Virus record (IMG/VR): IMGVR_UViG_3300050498_000174
Span: 1-53,177 of that record
DNA: 53,177 nucleotides
Source of the DNA: a virus
Taxonomy: Duplodnaviria; Caudoviricetes
Reading direction: 5' to 3' (one strand)
The notes under the pieces were generated by a model. It made no database searches and was not told the origin of the DNA. It saw nothing but the letters and a program-made list of their open reading frames with translations. Each line of letters starts with the position of its first letter. Position 1 is the first letter of the stretch. Shown here piece by piece: positions 26,453 through 35,951 of the stretch. The position numbers and the translations under genes were made by a program.

Positions 26453-29400
26453 GCGTCTGCCTCCTGAATGATGAGCACTGATCGGTTGACCCAGTTGTAC
26501 GCCGGCTGTCCGCTTGACGCTATGTGACTTGCCCCGCCCATTCCAGCGGACTGGGCGGTCGACGGGATCTCGATTCCATCGAGGCCCTCCGCAGCCGCGT
26601 ATCGACCCTCGTCATGTAGGGTACCGCCACCCAGGTTTCGCCTGCCAACGGGCGAAAAACCGCCCGCCGAGGACACCGCCTGCTTGGCCTTTTTCAGGAC
26701 CTTTGAATGTTCCTCGATCTTCGCGGTCTTCGGGATGAGTACCCGGATGACCGAGTTCTTTGTGTGGTCCGAGTATCGGACGGCCACGTTCTTCCGGGTC
26801 GAAAGGTAGTAGCCGTTTCCGAATATCCCAGTTCCGTAATACGCGGGGCCGGAGCGCATCTCCTCGTTGATCTGGGCTGCGGTCTTGTAGATATTGCCGC
26901 CGACACCACGCCACGCCTCAATGTAGTCGCCGGTGGCAAGGAGTTTGTCCATCTCCTTCTTGCTGACGACAGTGGGCACATCGTCAAAGCCCTGCATCGC
27001 ACCAATCGCCGCGAGCCGCTCATCGGCGGTCTTACCGCGGTAATTCTTGCGCACTGCGGAAACGTCGGCGCGCAGCTTGTCCTGGGCCGCCTTGTCCGGG
27101 ATGAGGTTCTTTCCTGCCGACGGCTTATGCCTCGTCGGCGGAGCAACGGGAGCAGCGGGGGCGATGACGGTAGGTGCCCCGGTCAGCCGCGGTGGCCTCT
27201 TGCCTGGGGTACCAGCTGGCGCTGGTGCCGCCTTGCCCGGGAACAGCGTCATGACGTTGGTTTCGAGTTGCCCGCCGGCCAGAGGCTTGAGGAGTTTCCC
27301 TTTGGTGTCCAGCGCCTTTATCTCGTCGCGGGTCATCCACTTCGCGTCAGCGGTTTCCATCCGCGCATGATGCGTCGACAGATCCGGCTTGAGCTGCTTG
27401 TCGACGGTGGCCGCGATGGATGTGTACCTCCACGTCGAGTTAGGGATTGACGTCTCGTGGGTGCCGTGGACGCGTGCGGCAAGCATGTCCTTGGCCTGGA
27501 AGCCCAGCTCCTCGGCTGTCTCCCGGGCCGCGCCCTCGTGCGGGCTTTCCTTGCTGTCGATCGCGCCGCCAGGGAACTGCCATTTCCCCGGATCGGAGAT
27601 ACCCGGCCCGCGCTGCACCATCAGGAACCGCTCTTTGCCGTCGGCCGGGTCAACGTGGCGCAGCATCACCCCGGCCGCACCATACTTGCCCCACGGGCCC
27701 GTGCCGCCGCCCGGCAGCCGGGTCCAGCCGTCACCGCTCGTACCGCGGTCCTTCGGGTCGCGGACCTTCAGCAGTCCGGCCGTGCCGTTCGGGTCGGTGA
27801 CGCGGGTCTGTGCCGCAGCAACATTCGGCGGGATGTGGATCGCCTGCTTGTGTACCGTCCCAGCCGACGTGCCGGCCGGGGTGAAACGGTGCACGAGCTT
27901 GGCCGCATCGGTGGCGCTCTTGCCTTTCGACGTCGCGGCGATGAACGCCAGGTCCCCCAGAACCGTTGACTGCTCACGCGGGCCGAGCTGGTCGAACTGA
28001 TCTCGCCGCAATGCCCCGTAGACGGCAATCTGCCGGGCCATGGTCTTGGCCTTGGGGTCCTTGCCGTACACAATGTCCAGTGCCGCTTGGATTTCGGGAC
28101 CGTGAGGGGTGCCCGGATTGGGCGGGGTGTTGGTAGGCGCTGCCGGGCCACTCGGAGGCGCAGGTGCACCGGGCTTAGAGACCGGCGTACCCTTCTGGGA
28201 GACAAGCGCCGCAAGCGCCTCGGACTTGGTTTTGAAGCTGGCTTTGTTGGCGAAGTAGCTGCCCTGAGGGACGCTCACCACGTTACCATGGGCGTCGCGT
28301 ACCTCCCAGCCGTAGCTGAAGTCATGCACGGTACCCAGCGGCGTGCCGTTCTGGCTGATCTCATGCGACGACTTGGCGTACTGGCCACGCCCCCCGCCGT
28401 ACTGCTGCGCCGGGTTGATGCGCAGCTCCGAAAGGCTCAATCCCGCAAGCCCAGGGCCCGAAACCTTACTCGGTGTGTGTGCGCGAACGAGGGCAGCGAC
28501 GGCGGACTGCTCAGTCTGGTAGCCGCCACCGGCCCCTGGCTGCACCCGAACGAGGTTCCCGAGCGGTGTCGTTTTGCTTCCGGAAGGAAGGAACGGAAAG
28601 AAACCACCGGTCTTGGAGTTGTGGACCACTATCCCGAGCTGGTCGCCGCCGAGATGAACCTCGGTGGTTGCGTCGCCGGTCGGCCACTTCGCGCCCGGCT
28701 TGGTAATTACCGCGGTCGGCGAGGGCGTCTGTGTCGGAGTGGGTTTGACCGCAGGCGCCGATGCTGGTTTGGCCGGCGCCCCACGGATGTCGGCGAGAAG
28801 CTTGGCGGCGATCGAGTCCCAGTCCTCGCCCCGCTGAAGCGTGATGCCCCGGGCCTTGGCGGCCTTCAACAATTGTGGCCGCTTGAACAGCACGAACGGG
28901 TGCTTGTCCTTGGCGGGGTCGAACGCTTTGATGGCCTCCTTGAGAAGGTCAACCATCGGCCTGAACTTGCCGCCCAACGGGTGGCCCTTGGGCCAGCGCT
29001 TGTGCAACTGCGGGTTGAACGCCCGACCCTCGACACCGGACTCTTCGTCCAGTTCGTGCATGGCCTGCAACAGGATCAGGGTGTCGTCATCCAGCTCGCC
29101 GATCGGATCGTCGTCGATGTCATCGCCGCGCAACAGCGCCCGCACCTCACGGGCAACCAGCTCACGCAACTGCGAGCGAGAGACTTTCCCGCTCGTCGTA
29201 GGCGTGTAGTCCTCCGGCTCCATCGACATCCGCGCGATCAATTCGACGCTAGGCTTGCGAGCGGTGGCCTTGGGCCCAGTTGCTCGAGTTTCGGCGGGCT
29301 CAGTCGCCGTCGACCGAGCGGAATCCGGGCGACCAGCCACCTCGATCTCCAGCTGCCGCGGCATTCCCGGCCCGGAGTCCTTGACTACCCGCATCCGGAG

Positions 29401-30174
29401 GCCGCGTTCCAGCAGAACCTCGGCCTCTTCGTCGACGGGTTTGCCGTACCGCTCCCCAGTCATCCCCGACAGAACCATCGCCCCAGTTCCCTTGGGCGCG
29501 TGGATGTTCATCGTCAGGCCGGTGATCGTGAAGTACTCGGCAATCGCCGGGTTCGCCGTCGTCGAGACATACGCACCCTCGGTCCACTCGAAATCGGTCA
29601 GGTCACCGTCCAGTGCGTCACCGAAAACGCCACGGCCGGTCGACGTCCCCCGAATCACCGTGATGTCGTCGATGAGGCGGGAGTGTTCCATCACGTCGTC
29701 GAGCAATTCGATGTGCTCGCCGATCCGGCGGCGGAACCCCTCCTCGCCAAGCGCCTCATCGTCGATGGATGAAAGCTGATATGGAAGCCCCCGGAGGCGT
29801 TTGTTGATAGGCGAGAAGTCGGCCCCACGGTAGTTCTCCATCGCGGTCAGGTGCCGATCGGTCTCCTCGGCCGACCAGCCGGGATCACCGTTCGACCAAG
29901 CGATAGTGCCCCGCTTGTGCTCAGGGTGTCGCGGACCTAGGCCGTCATCGACAAGACGGGCGGGTGTCGCGTCGAGCGCAGCCTGGCCCATCTTCGCTGC
30001 CGTCTTCGCCGCCTTCTTAGCCAGTCCGACGGCGCCGCCGCCCGCGTGGTCCTGCTGGTTGTGCGGATGCCCGCCAGGCGTATGCCGCACCCTTCGCAGC
30101 AACAGTGCCCGCTCGTGGGCCGGGCCAAGGGCACGGATGGCGGCCCGGTCCCGCTCCGACAGCACATCAGACAC
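26449..30174 (-). CDS. Polyvalent head protein: VIP2-like ADP-ribosyltransferase + Nudix hydrolase + C-terminal ART-like domain
   Basis: ART INKRLR/IRG/YVSTT/EAEVLL; perfect Nudix box GAIDSKESPHEGAARETAEELGF; C-terminal WRG...GIFGNGYY...AVRY. Confidence 0.85.
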   Translation of the reverse strand: MSDVLSERDRAAIRALGPAHERALLLRRVRHTPGGHPHNQQDHAGGGAVGLAKKAAKTAAKMGQAALDATPARLVDDGLGPRHPEHKRGTIAWSNGDPGWSAEETDRHLTAMENYRGADFSPINKRLRGLPYQLSSIDDEALGEEGFRRRIGEHIELLDDVMEHSRLIDDITVIRGTSTGRGVFGDALDGDLTDFEWTEGAYVSTTANPAIAEYFTITGLTMNIHAPKGTGAMVLSGMTGERYGKPVDEEAEVLLERGLRMRVVKDSGPGMPRQLEIEVAGRPDSARSTATEPAETRATGPKATARKPSVELIARMSMEPEDYTPTTSGKVSRSQLRELVAREVRALLRGDDIDDDPIGELDDDTLILLQAMHELDEESGVEGRAFNPQLHKRWPKGHPLGGKFRPMVDLLKEAIKAFDPAKDKHPFVLFKRPQLLKAAKARGITLQRGEDWDSIAAKLLADIRGAPAKPASAPAVKPTPTQTPSPTAVITKPGAKWPTGDATTEVHLGGDQLGIVVHNSKTGGFFPFLPSGSKTTPLGNLVRVQPGAGGGYQTEQSAVAALVRAHTPSKVSGPGLAGLSLSELRINPAQQYGGGRGQYAKSSHEISQNGTPLGTVHDFSYGWEVRDAHGNVVSVPQGSYFANKASFKTKSEALAALVSQKGTPVSKPGAPAPPSGPAAPTNTPPNPGTPHGPEIQAALDIVYGKDPKAKTMARQIAVYGALRRDQFDQLGPREQSTVLGDLAFIAATSKGKSATDAAKLVHRFTPAGTSAGTVHKQAIHIPPNVAAAQTRVTDPNGTAGLLKVRDPKDRGTSGDGWTRLPGGGTGPWGKYGAAGVMLRHVDPADGKERFLMVQRGPGISDPGKWQFPGGAIDSKESPHEGAARETAEELGFQAKDMLAARVHGTHETSIPNSTWRYTSIAATVDKQLKPDLSTHHARMETADAKWMTRDEIKALDTKGKLLKPLAGGQLETNVMTLFPGKAAPAPAGTPGKRPPRLTGAPTVIAPAAPVAPPTRHKPSAGKNLIPDKAAQDKLRADVSAVRKNYRGKTADERLAAIGAMQGFDDVPTVVSKKEMDKLLATGDYIEAWRGVGGNIYKTAAQINEEMRSGPAYYGTGIFGNGYYLSTRKNVAVRYSDHTKNSVIRVLIPKTAKIEEHSKVLKKAKQAVSSAGGFSPVGRRNLGGGTLHDEGRYAAAEGLDGIEIPSTAQSAGMGGASHIASSGQPAYNWVNRSVLIIQEADA

Positions 30175-33100
30175 CTGCGGGCACCCCCTCAGACGGCGGC
30201 ACCGCCCCGGGCTCCTGAAGCTGCACGCTCACCTTTCCGGAATGCACCAAGAGGCTGAAATCATTGTTGATCACCGCGGCGACCGACGACTCAGGTGTAA
30301 ACCCGTCCCGCACCAACGCCACGATCGTCTGCGCCTGGTCCGCCTGAATCCGGGCCAGGTCACCCGCGTCCTCACGCATGAACGGAATCCGCGAGTCGTA
30401 CCACAGCGACGCCGGCGGCTCACCCGGCCGGGACGCCGGCCGATCGAGAAGCACCTCAAGCGATGTCGCCGCGCTAGTCCACAAATGGGTCATGGTGCCG
30501 TCGCCGTAGCGTCTATGTGCGGCTTTGAAGTTTCCCGCGTTCAAGCTCGACCCCGACAGTCCTTCGGCGAACCCCACCCACGACGGGGGTACCCCCGCAG
30601 CACTGGCCAGCCTCGAGTTGTGCGTCGGAATGAACCCGGCACCGGCCAGGAACACATGATCGGCGCTGTCAACCGTGATGCAGCGAACCGGAACCGAGTC
30701 AACAGGCTCGATATTGACGATCGACCGGCGGCCACTGAAATGAGGATCCCCGGCAGCCTCGCACTTAGCGACCTTGCGTGGAAGCAGGAACGGAATACAG
30801 TCCAGGCGGGACCGGAACTCCACCTTCCAATGCTGTCCAGTCCTGGACCGCGAGTCCGCGTAGGACGACAGCGTTGCCCGGTAGCCAAGCGACCGGACAA
30901 GCTCCAACACCTGCCTGGCAAGAGCCTCATCCTTGCTTGAGTAGGCGCACCAGCCCTGGCCGTCCCGGTCGGCGGTGCCGTCGGTGTCCATGAGCCCGCG
31001 CAACAAGTCAAGCCGCTGCGCGGCGGATGCGCGCAGATACTCGCCGGGAATTCGCTTATTCCCAAGCACGCCCAGTGCGGACAGTGCGGCGAGTAGGCCT
31101 CCCGGAACTCCGACCACCGCAGCATGTTCGACCTGGTGCGCCCGTGCCACGGAGACTTGAGACTCCCAGCGCCTTGTGACATACCCACGCACGTCGATCT
31201 CGGCTGCAATATGCTTCAGGTCTTCCCAGTCGCCACAGATCGCGGCGCCCGCCGTGTATCCGTCACCTAGCCATGCGCCGAGCACGTATGGATCGACAAG
31301 CAGATCCGCATCGGGCATTTCAAGCACCGGGCTGGCGCCGAGTGAGAGCCTGTGGCCGCCAACTCCATTGGTGTAGGGCCGCGTGAAGATCTCGTAATTG
31401 GTGTAGGGCCGCGTGAAGATCTCGTATAGCTCGGCTGTCGTGTAGTCACGCTCGGCGCGACTCGCGGTCCCGCGGTCCACGGCGGGCCAAACATGGCTGG
31501 CGTCAGCCACGATCTGCTCACCGTTCTTAAGGCTGATCCGGAAGCAGTCCCGGTTCAGCCAGACCGGCCCCACCGCGGCAACACGGACGGGCCGACCGTC
31601 CCGGCCGAATACATCGTCACCGACCTTGATGTTTGCCATGGTGACCCAGCCCGACGTTGTTGCCACGGGCGTGTCGAGTGCCAACGGCTCGGCACGCCCC
31701 TGGATCACCGCATAGTCCATGTCCTTGAACGAATTACCGACCGGGACCGGGTCGGCCCCGCCACCTAAGTAGAGGGTGTTGTGGGTGACTATCCCAGCAG
31801 TGATGTGGGTGTGCCATTCAGCTACCTCCACGGCGATCGTCGGCTCCGACGGTCCAATCTCCACCGATTCCACCCGGTCATACAGCGACCGACGCTGCCT
31901 GCTGGTCCGGGTGGCATACTCGGCCAGTCTGTGGGCCTTTGCTTCACAGGCCAGGTCGAGGATTTCGCCGAGAAGAGTGGCCTGGTTGTTGCCGTGCACT
32001 GCCAACTGGTGGGCCTGACGCCGCCGTAGCTTCCCGTCCGGCTTCCATGCAGTCGGAGAACTGATCGATGCGTTGACTCCGAGCCCCGCAAGAAGGTGCT
32101 GTACGTCACTCAGCAGGTCAAGCGACGTGCTGGTGATCCCCACCTCGGCGGAACGCCGCTTGGCCGGGTCCGATACGTGCCCGTCGGTGTCGATCAGCCC
32201 AGATAGGAACGCGGCCTGCACCTTGCCTGATCCGGTCATCACGGCGACCGGGACCCGTTTCTCCCAGGCTCGCTTGCCCATCATGTCGTGCTCGGCGCAC
32301 AACGCCCGGATCCCCAGGACCCGGTAATCGTGCCGCGCCGTGTCGATCCGGTTGAGGCCATAGGATGCCGCGAGCCGGTCGGCAATCCCCGGGTCGGCGG
32401 CGCTGAGTACGGGCGTGGTGGTGGTCAGGCCGCCGTCGCCAGTCAGTGCGCCCAGGCACCATGCCTGCTGGATGGTGAGCAGATCGCGCTTGCCGGTATC
32501 CCGCCCCCATCCGAGCCCGATCCGCACAAGGTCGCCGGGGCGCAGGTCGGAAGCGTTTGTCCAGTCTTCGACACTGAGGACGGTGGTGCCACGGTCATGC
32601 CGCTTGACGACACGGCGGGCCAGATAGGGATGTTCTGCGGTGGTCCGCAGGACACGGCCGCGTTGGGTGGTGACGGTGACGATCGGCGACGGCGGTTGCC
32701 ACCCGATGTGTGTGACCATGCCAGGCACCGCCTGACCGCCTGCCCAGGATGCCAATTCGTCACCAGGCCGGACTTGATCGGCGCGGACCCGACGGCCATC
32801 CCACAGCGCCAACTCCGTCTCCGGCGTAACGCACTTCCACGCGTTGAACGCGCCCTTGTGCTCGGCCTCCAGCAAAGCTTTGAACTGCTTGACCTTCTCG
32901 ATCGTGATCGACGCGTCGAACCTGATCGCAAGGTTGGGCGTTGCGGAATTAACGAAAAAGCGGGCTTTGTGTTCTGTGGCAAGGGAATCCGCCTGCAAGT
33001 CCCGGATCACCGGCGTAATCCACGACATCCCCAAAAACCGGTAGTCCGGGTCAGGGATCGGCGCATAGTAGGCGACCTCGTTCGGGCTGAACATCGTCAT

Positions 33101-33640
33101 CCGGCCGCGGCTGGTCGAGTGGATAAACCCGATGATCTCCGCGTCCGGCGCCTCCGACGGGTCATCAGCGTCGGTCTGCGACCCCATGACGATGATCACC
33201 CGATCTGGGCGCAGCAACGACAACTGGTCACGCCGCGGCCGGGTCACATACGCGCACCCCGCCACCGACGCATACACCTCCATCCGCGCCAACAGATCCG
33301 ACGTGGTCCCACCCCGCCATGGCCGCTCCAACACACCAAGCTCAGGCGAGCCGAACAGATCCGTCGGCTGGGAACCTTTGAACCTCGTCCACTGGAACCG
33401 GACCTGACTAAACACCTGAAGCCGGGCCAGCACCAGGGAGAAGATCGGCCCGCTGCCCTTGAACCCGGCAACCGAGGTGTGCCCGATCTGCTCCTGGTCG
33501 ACCTGGCCCATGGTGGTCTGGACAACGCCGTAGGTGTTGCCGCCGAACGTGAAGTACTCGGCCCAGTCGTTAATCGACAGAGCGGTGTCGCGGTGTCGCA
33601 GCTCGGCCAGGCCCGCGTTAATCCGATCGACCAGCGCCAC
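30167..33640 (-). CDS. HK97-type portal protein with two inteins (spliced length about 448 aa)
   Basis: Portal motifs GMSWI, FFVNSATP, G.FNAWK/TLYLGGGAD, SRLASAAGVPPSWVG; follows TerL. Confidence 0.93.
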   Translation of the reverse strand: MALVDRINAGLAELRHRDTALSINDWAEYFTFGGNTYGVVQTTMGQVDQEQIGHTSVAGFKGSGPIFSLVLARLQVFSQVRFQWTRFKGSQPTDLFGSPELGVLERPWRGGTTSDLLARMEVYASVAGCAYVTRPRRDQLSLLRPDRVIIVMGSQTDADDPSEAPDAEIIGFIHSTSRGRMTMFSPNEVAYYAPIPDPDYRFLGMSWITPVIRDLQADSLATEHKARFFVNSATPNLAIRFDASITIEKVKQFKALLEAEHKGAFNAWKCVTPETELALWDGRRVRADQVRPGDELASWAGGQAVPGMVTHIGWQPPSPIVTVTTQRGRVLRTTAEHPYLARRVVKRHDRGTTVLSVEDWTNASDLRPGDLVRIGLGWGRDTGKRDLLTIQQAWCLGALTGDGGLTTTTPVLSAADPGIADRLAASYGLNRIDTARHDYRVLGIRALCAEHDMMGKRAWEKRVPVAVMTGSGKVQAAFLSGLIDTDGHVSDPAKRRSAEVGITSTSLDLLSDVQHLLAGLGVNASISSPTAWKPDGKLRRRQAHQLAVHGNNQATLLGEILDLACEAKAHRLAEYATRTSRQRRSLYDRVESVEIGPSEPTIAVEVAEWHTHITAGIVTHNTLYLGGGADPVPVGNSFKDMDYAVIQGRAEPLALDTPVATTSGWVTMANIKVGDDVFGRDGRPVRVAAVGPVWLNRDCFRISLKNGEQIVADASHVWPAVDRGTASRAERDYTTAELYEIFTRPYTNYEIFTRPYTNGVGGHRLSLGASPVLEMPDADLLVDPYVLGAWLGDGYTAGAAICGDWEDLKHIAAEIDVRGYVTRRWESQVSVARAHQVEHAAVVGVPGGLLAALSALGVLGNKRIPGEYLRASAAQRLDLLRGLMDTDGTADRDGQGWCAYSSKDEALARQVLELVRSLGYRATLSSYADSRSRTGQHWKVEFRSRLDCIPFLLPRKVAKCEAAGDPHFSGRRSIVNIEPVDSVPVRCITVDSADHVFLAGAGFIPTHNSRLASAAGVPPSWVGFAEGLSGSSLNAGNFKAAHRRYGDGTMTHLWTSAATSLEVLLDRPASRPGEPPASLWYDSRIPFMREDAGDLARIQADQAQTIVALVRDGFTPESSVAAVINNDFSLLVHSGKVSVQLQEPGAVPPSEGVPAGV
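30617..31687 (-). mobile_element. Class 3 intein (357 aa, Pro1) with a LAGLIDADG endonuclease
   Basis: E|PLALDTPV...DASHVW...LGAWLGDG...LRGLMDTDG...VRCITVD...IPTHN|S. Confidence 0.88.
31367..31426. repeat. Perfect 30-bp tandem duplication (YEIFTRPYTN x2) inside intein 2
   Basis: attggtgtagggccgcgtgaagatctcgta occurs twice. Confidence 0.97.
31778..32833 (-). mobile_element. Class 1 intein (352 aa, Cys1, Thr+1) with a LAGLIDADG endonuclease
   Basis: K|CVTPET...TAEHPY...LGALTGDG...LSGLIDTDG...IVTHN|T. Confidence 0.92.
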
Positions 33641-33881
33641 GGCTCACCCGCGTCTTACCGGCCTCACGCCACCCTTCCCGGATCGCCACAAAAACCCAGG
33701 CGCCCGCGAGCCACAGCACCGTAACTGTTTTGCGCAGAATCCAGCCAAGCGCGAACAGCAGCACACCGATCCAGGTCAGCAGCGTTCGACCCAGCTTGAT
33801 CTCACGTGCCTGCCGCGTGATGTCCTCAACGGAGACGTGCTCAAACGTTGTCACCGCACAAGCTCCCCTCATGATCCCCAA
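33618..33881 (-). CDS. Small membrane protein between TerL and the portal
   Basis: Hydrophobic Trp-rich helices. Confidence 0.7.
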   Translation of the reverse strand: MGIMRGACAVTTFEHVSVEDITRQAREIKLGRTLLTWIGVLLFALGWILRKTVTVLWLAGAWVFVAIREGWREAGKTRVSRGAGRSD

Positions 33882-35500
33882 AGTGCGAACGGTTCCGCTT
33901 CAGCCTCAAGAACTTGGTGCAGAAGCCACACACCCATGCACAAGGTGACCGCGAAATCGATGTGGCGCTTCGACTTTCCTTTGCTCAAGGTGAAGCCCCG
34001 CTCTTGCTCCCGCTTCACCGCAGCGTTCACGTGAGCGGTCTGCTGCTCGTCGCCGTTGTGCACGATCTTCGTGTCGAGGATCATCTGAAACGTCAACCCG
34101 CACGCCGGCGCCATCCGCTGCGGGGTCTGGTCGAACTGGACCACCATGATCCCCTCGTCCTCAAGCGCCCGGCCGGGCACCTCGAAAAACCGCGGATCGT
34201 ATGCCACGCCCCGGAACCCTGGCCCGACCGCAATCTTGCGGACGTAGTTGAACACGTCCAGATGGTCGATCCGCCCGCCCATCGCCTCCCAAATCCGGGA
34301 GGTGACCGCAATCCGCCCGTCGGGCAGCTTCTCCAGCCGGGAGACCGCCACCGAGTCATGTTTGAGCGCCATGTCGATCGTGATCACGAACTCGTTTACC
34401 GGGTCGGATTCCCACTCGCCCTTACACGCCATCCAGGCCTGCGGGTGGTCCTTGAGCCACGACTCTTCGGAGACATCGACCCACTTGTTGGCGTAGTAGC
34501 GGATCCACTCATGCGACGGGTATTCCGGCTTGCCCCAGTCGTCGACCCGATCCCGCACGTTCCACAACACGCCCGCCGCGCCGGATGCGGCAAGCACCGC
34601 CTTCTCGCGATGCTTGGCCAGCTTGAAGTCCAGACCGTCGGGAGCCTCGCGCCAGTCCATCAAAAATCGCGGCGCCACCCGCGGATTCTTCAACGCCCGC
34701 AGCCCACGCTTGTACAGCGCGCCGAGCAGCGAATGGTCTTTGTCGAAGCCGGCCGTCGACAGCGAGATGACCCGGCCCCGGCCCCGATGGGTCCTGCGTT
34801 TGTTCGTGCTCTTACCAACCACGGTCGCGACACGGGCCTTGCGGTCACCAACGTCACCCCACTCGTGCAGCTCGTCGCGCACGAACAGATGCGGTAGATC
34901 ACCCTCGTTCGTGCCGGCCACAGCGGCGATGCGGTAGATCCGGCCCGGCTTCCCATCAGCGAAAGTGATCTCTGTGTTGTAGACGTTGAAAAACCCGAGC
35001 AGCGGCGAGGCCTTGTCGACCTGGTCCCGGCCGCCGCAGATCGTGGCCACCTTCGAAAACAACAGGTTCGCCTGTTCGAAGCTGGCGGCCGCGATCGCAA
35101 TGTTCGGCGAGGACGGGGCGATCGAAGGCGGGCCGGCAAACTCGAGCGCCACCACCGCGGCGATGAACTGGGTCTTCCCGCCACCGGTGGCCTCACCCCG
35201 CAACGCCTCGTCGTAGCGCCACTCCAAGCAGGCCGGACAGTACTCGTACCAGCGCCACAGGAACTTTTCCTGATCAAGGCGCAGCTTCATCAGCTGGCCG
35301 TAGAAGTCGCCCTCGCCGCAGATGCAGCGTTCTTCTATCCACGCGACCGCGGTGGCGCCTTCGGACGGCCATAGCTCACCGAGCACCGGCGTCCAGTGAC
35401 AGGCATGGCAACCAAGTTCGGCCGGCGGTGGTTCAGCCTTGGATGACCCTCGGGTCCGGCCGCGACGCGGCCTCGAGGTGGCGGCCGTCGGCATCACCAC
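33869..35500 (-). CDS. terL: Terminase large subunit
   Basis: GGGKT, AASFEQA, DELHEW, STAG, nuclease IDMA..HD, YDP, HID. Confidence 0.95.
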   Translation of the reverse strand: MVMPTAATSRPRRGRTRGSSKAEPPPAELGCHACHWTPVLGELWPSEGATAVAWIEERCICGEGDFYGQLMKLRLDQEKFLWRWYEYCPACLEWRYDEALRGEATGGGKTQFIAAVVALEFAGPPSIAPSSPNIAIAAASFEQANLLFSKVATICGGRDQVDKASPLLGFFNVYNTEITFADGKPGRIYRIAAVAGTNEGDLPHLFVRDELHEWGDVGDRKARVATVVGKSTNKRRTHRGRGRVISLSTAGFDKDHSLLGALYKRGLRALKNPRVAPRFLMDWREAPDGLDFKLAKHREKAVLAASGAAGVLWNVRDRVDDWGKPEYPSHEWIRYYANKWVDVSEESWLKDHPQAWMACKGEWESDPVNEFVITIDMALKHDSVAVSRLEKLPDGRIAVTSRIWEAMGGRIDHLDVFNYVRKIAVGPGFRGVAYDPRFFEVPGRALEDEGIMVVQFDQTPQRMAPACGLTFQMILDTKIVHNGDEQQTAHVNAAVKREQERGFTLSKGKSKRHIDFAVTLCMGVWLLHQVLEAEAEPFALWGS

Positions 35501-35951
35501 CCCCAGGACCCGGTCCGTACTTCGAGTTCATCTCGGCCAACGACCGGCGCTCCTGGATCACCGCGATGCCCAAGTTGGACCGGTGCAGCGCGCCGATGCC
35601 CAGCTGCCTCTCGCACCGCTCCGCTGCGCCGAGCGCCCGGTCGGCCAGCGCGTACAGCGGGTTCGCCACGCTCTGCCCCTTCGACCCGGCCACGAGCGGA
35701 CGTTTGTCGGCCTCGGCGATCAGGCGCAGATACCGGTCATACTCCTTGATCCACCGGGTGAGGACGCCCCGGTCGGCCGGCGTCTGGACGGTCGAAGCGG
35801 CATCGGTCCAATACGCTTCCCACAGCTCGAGCACCTCGGCAAGCAGCCCGTCGGGTGGGTCGATCCGGCCACCCTCGACCGGCGTGAGCTCGAACTGGCG
35901 CCCGTTGCGGCGATCGACGGCTGTCCCTGCGGCCTTCTTCGTTCGGGGCAA
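35433..35951 (-). CDS. terS: Terminase small subunit, P27 family
   Basis: GSKGQSVANPL...ERQLGI..LHR; probable TTG start at 35951. Confidence 0.88.
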   Translation of the reverse strand: MPRTKKAAGTAVDRRNGRQFELTPVEGGRIDPPDGLLAEVLELWEAYWTDAASTVQTPADRGVLTRWIKEYDRYLRLIAEADKRPLVAGSKGQSVANPLYALADRALGAAERCERQLGIGALHRSNLGIAVIQERRSLAEMNSKYGPGPGGGDADGRHLEAASRPDPRVIQG

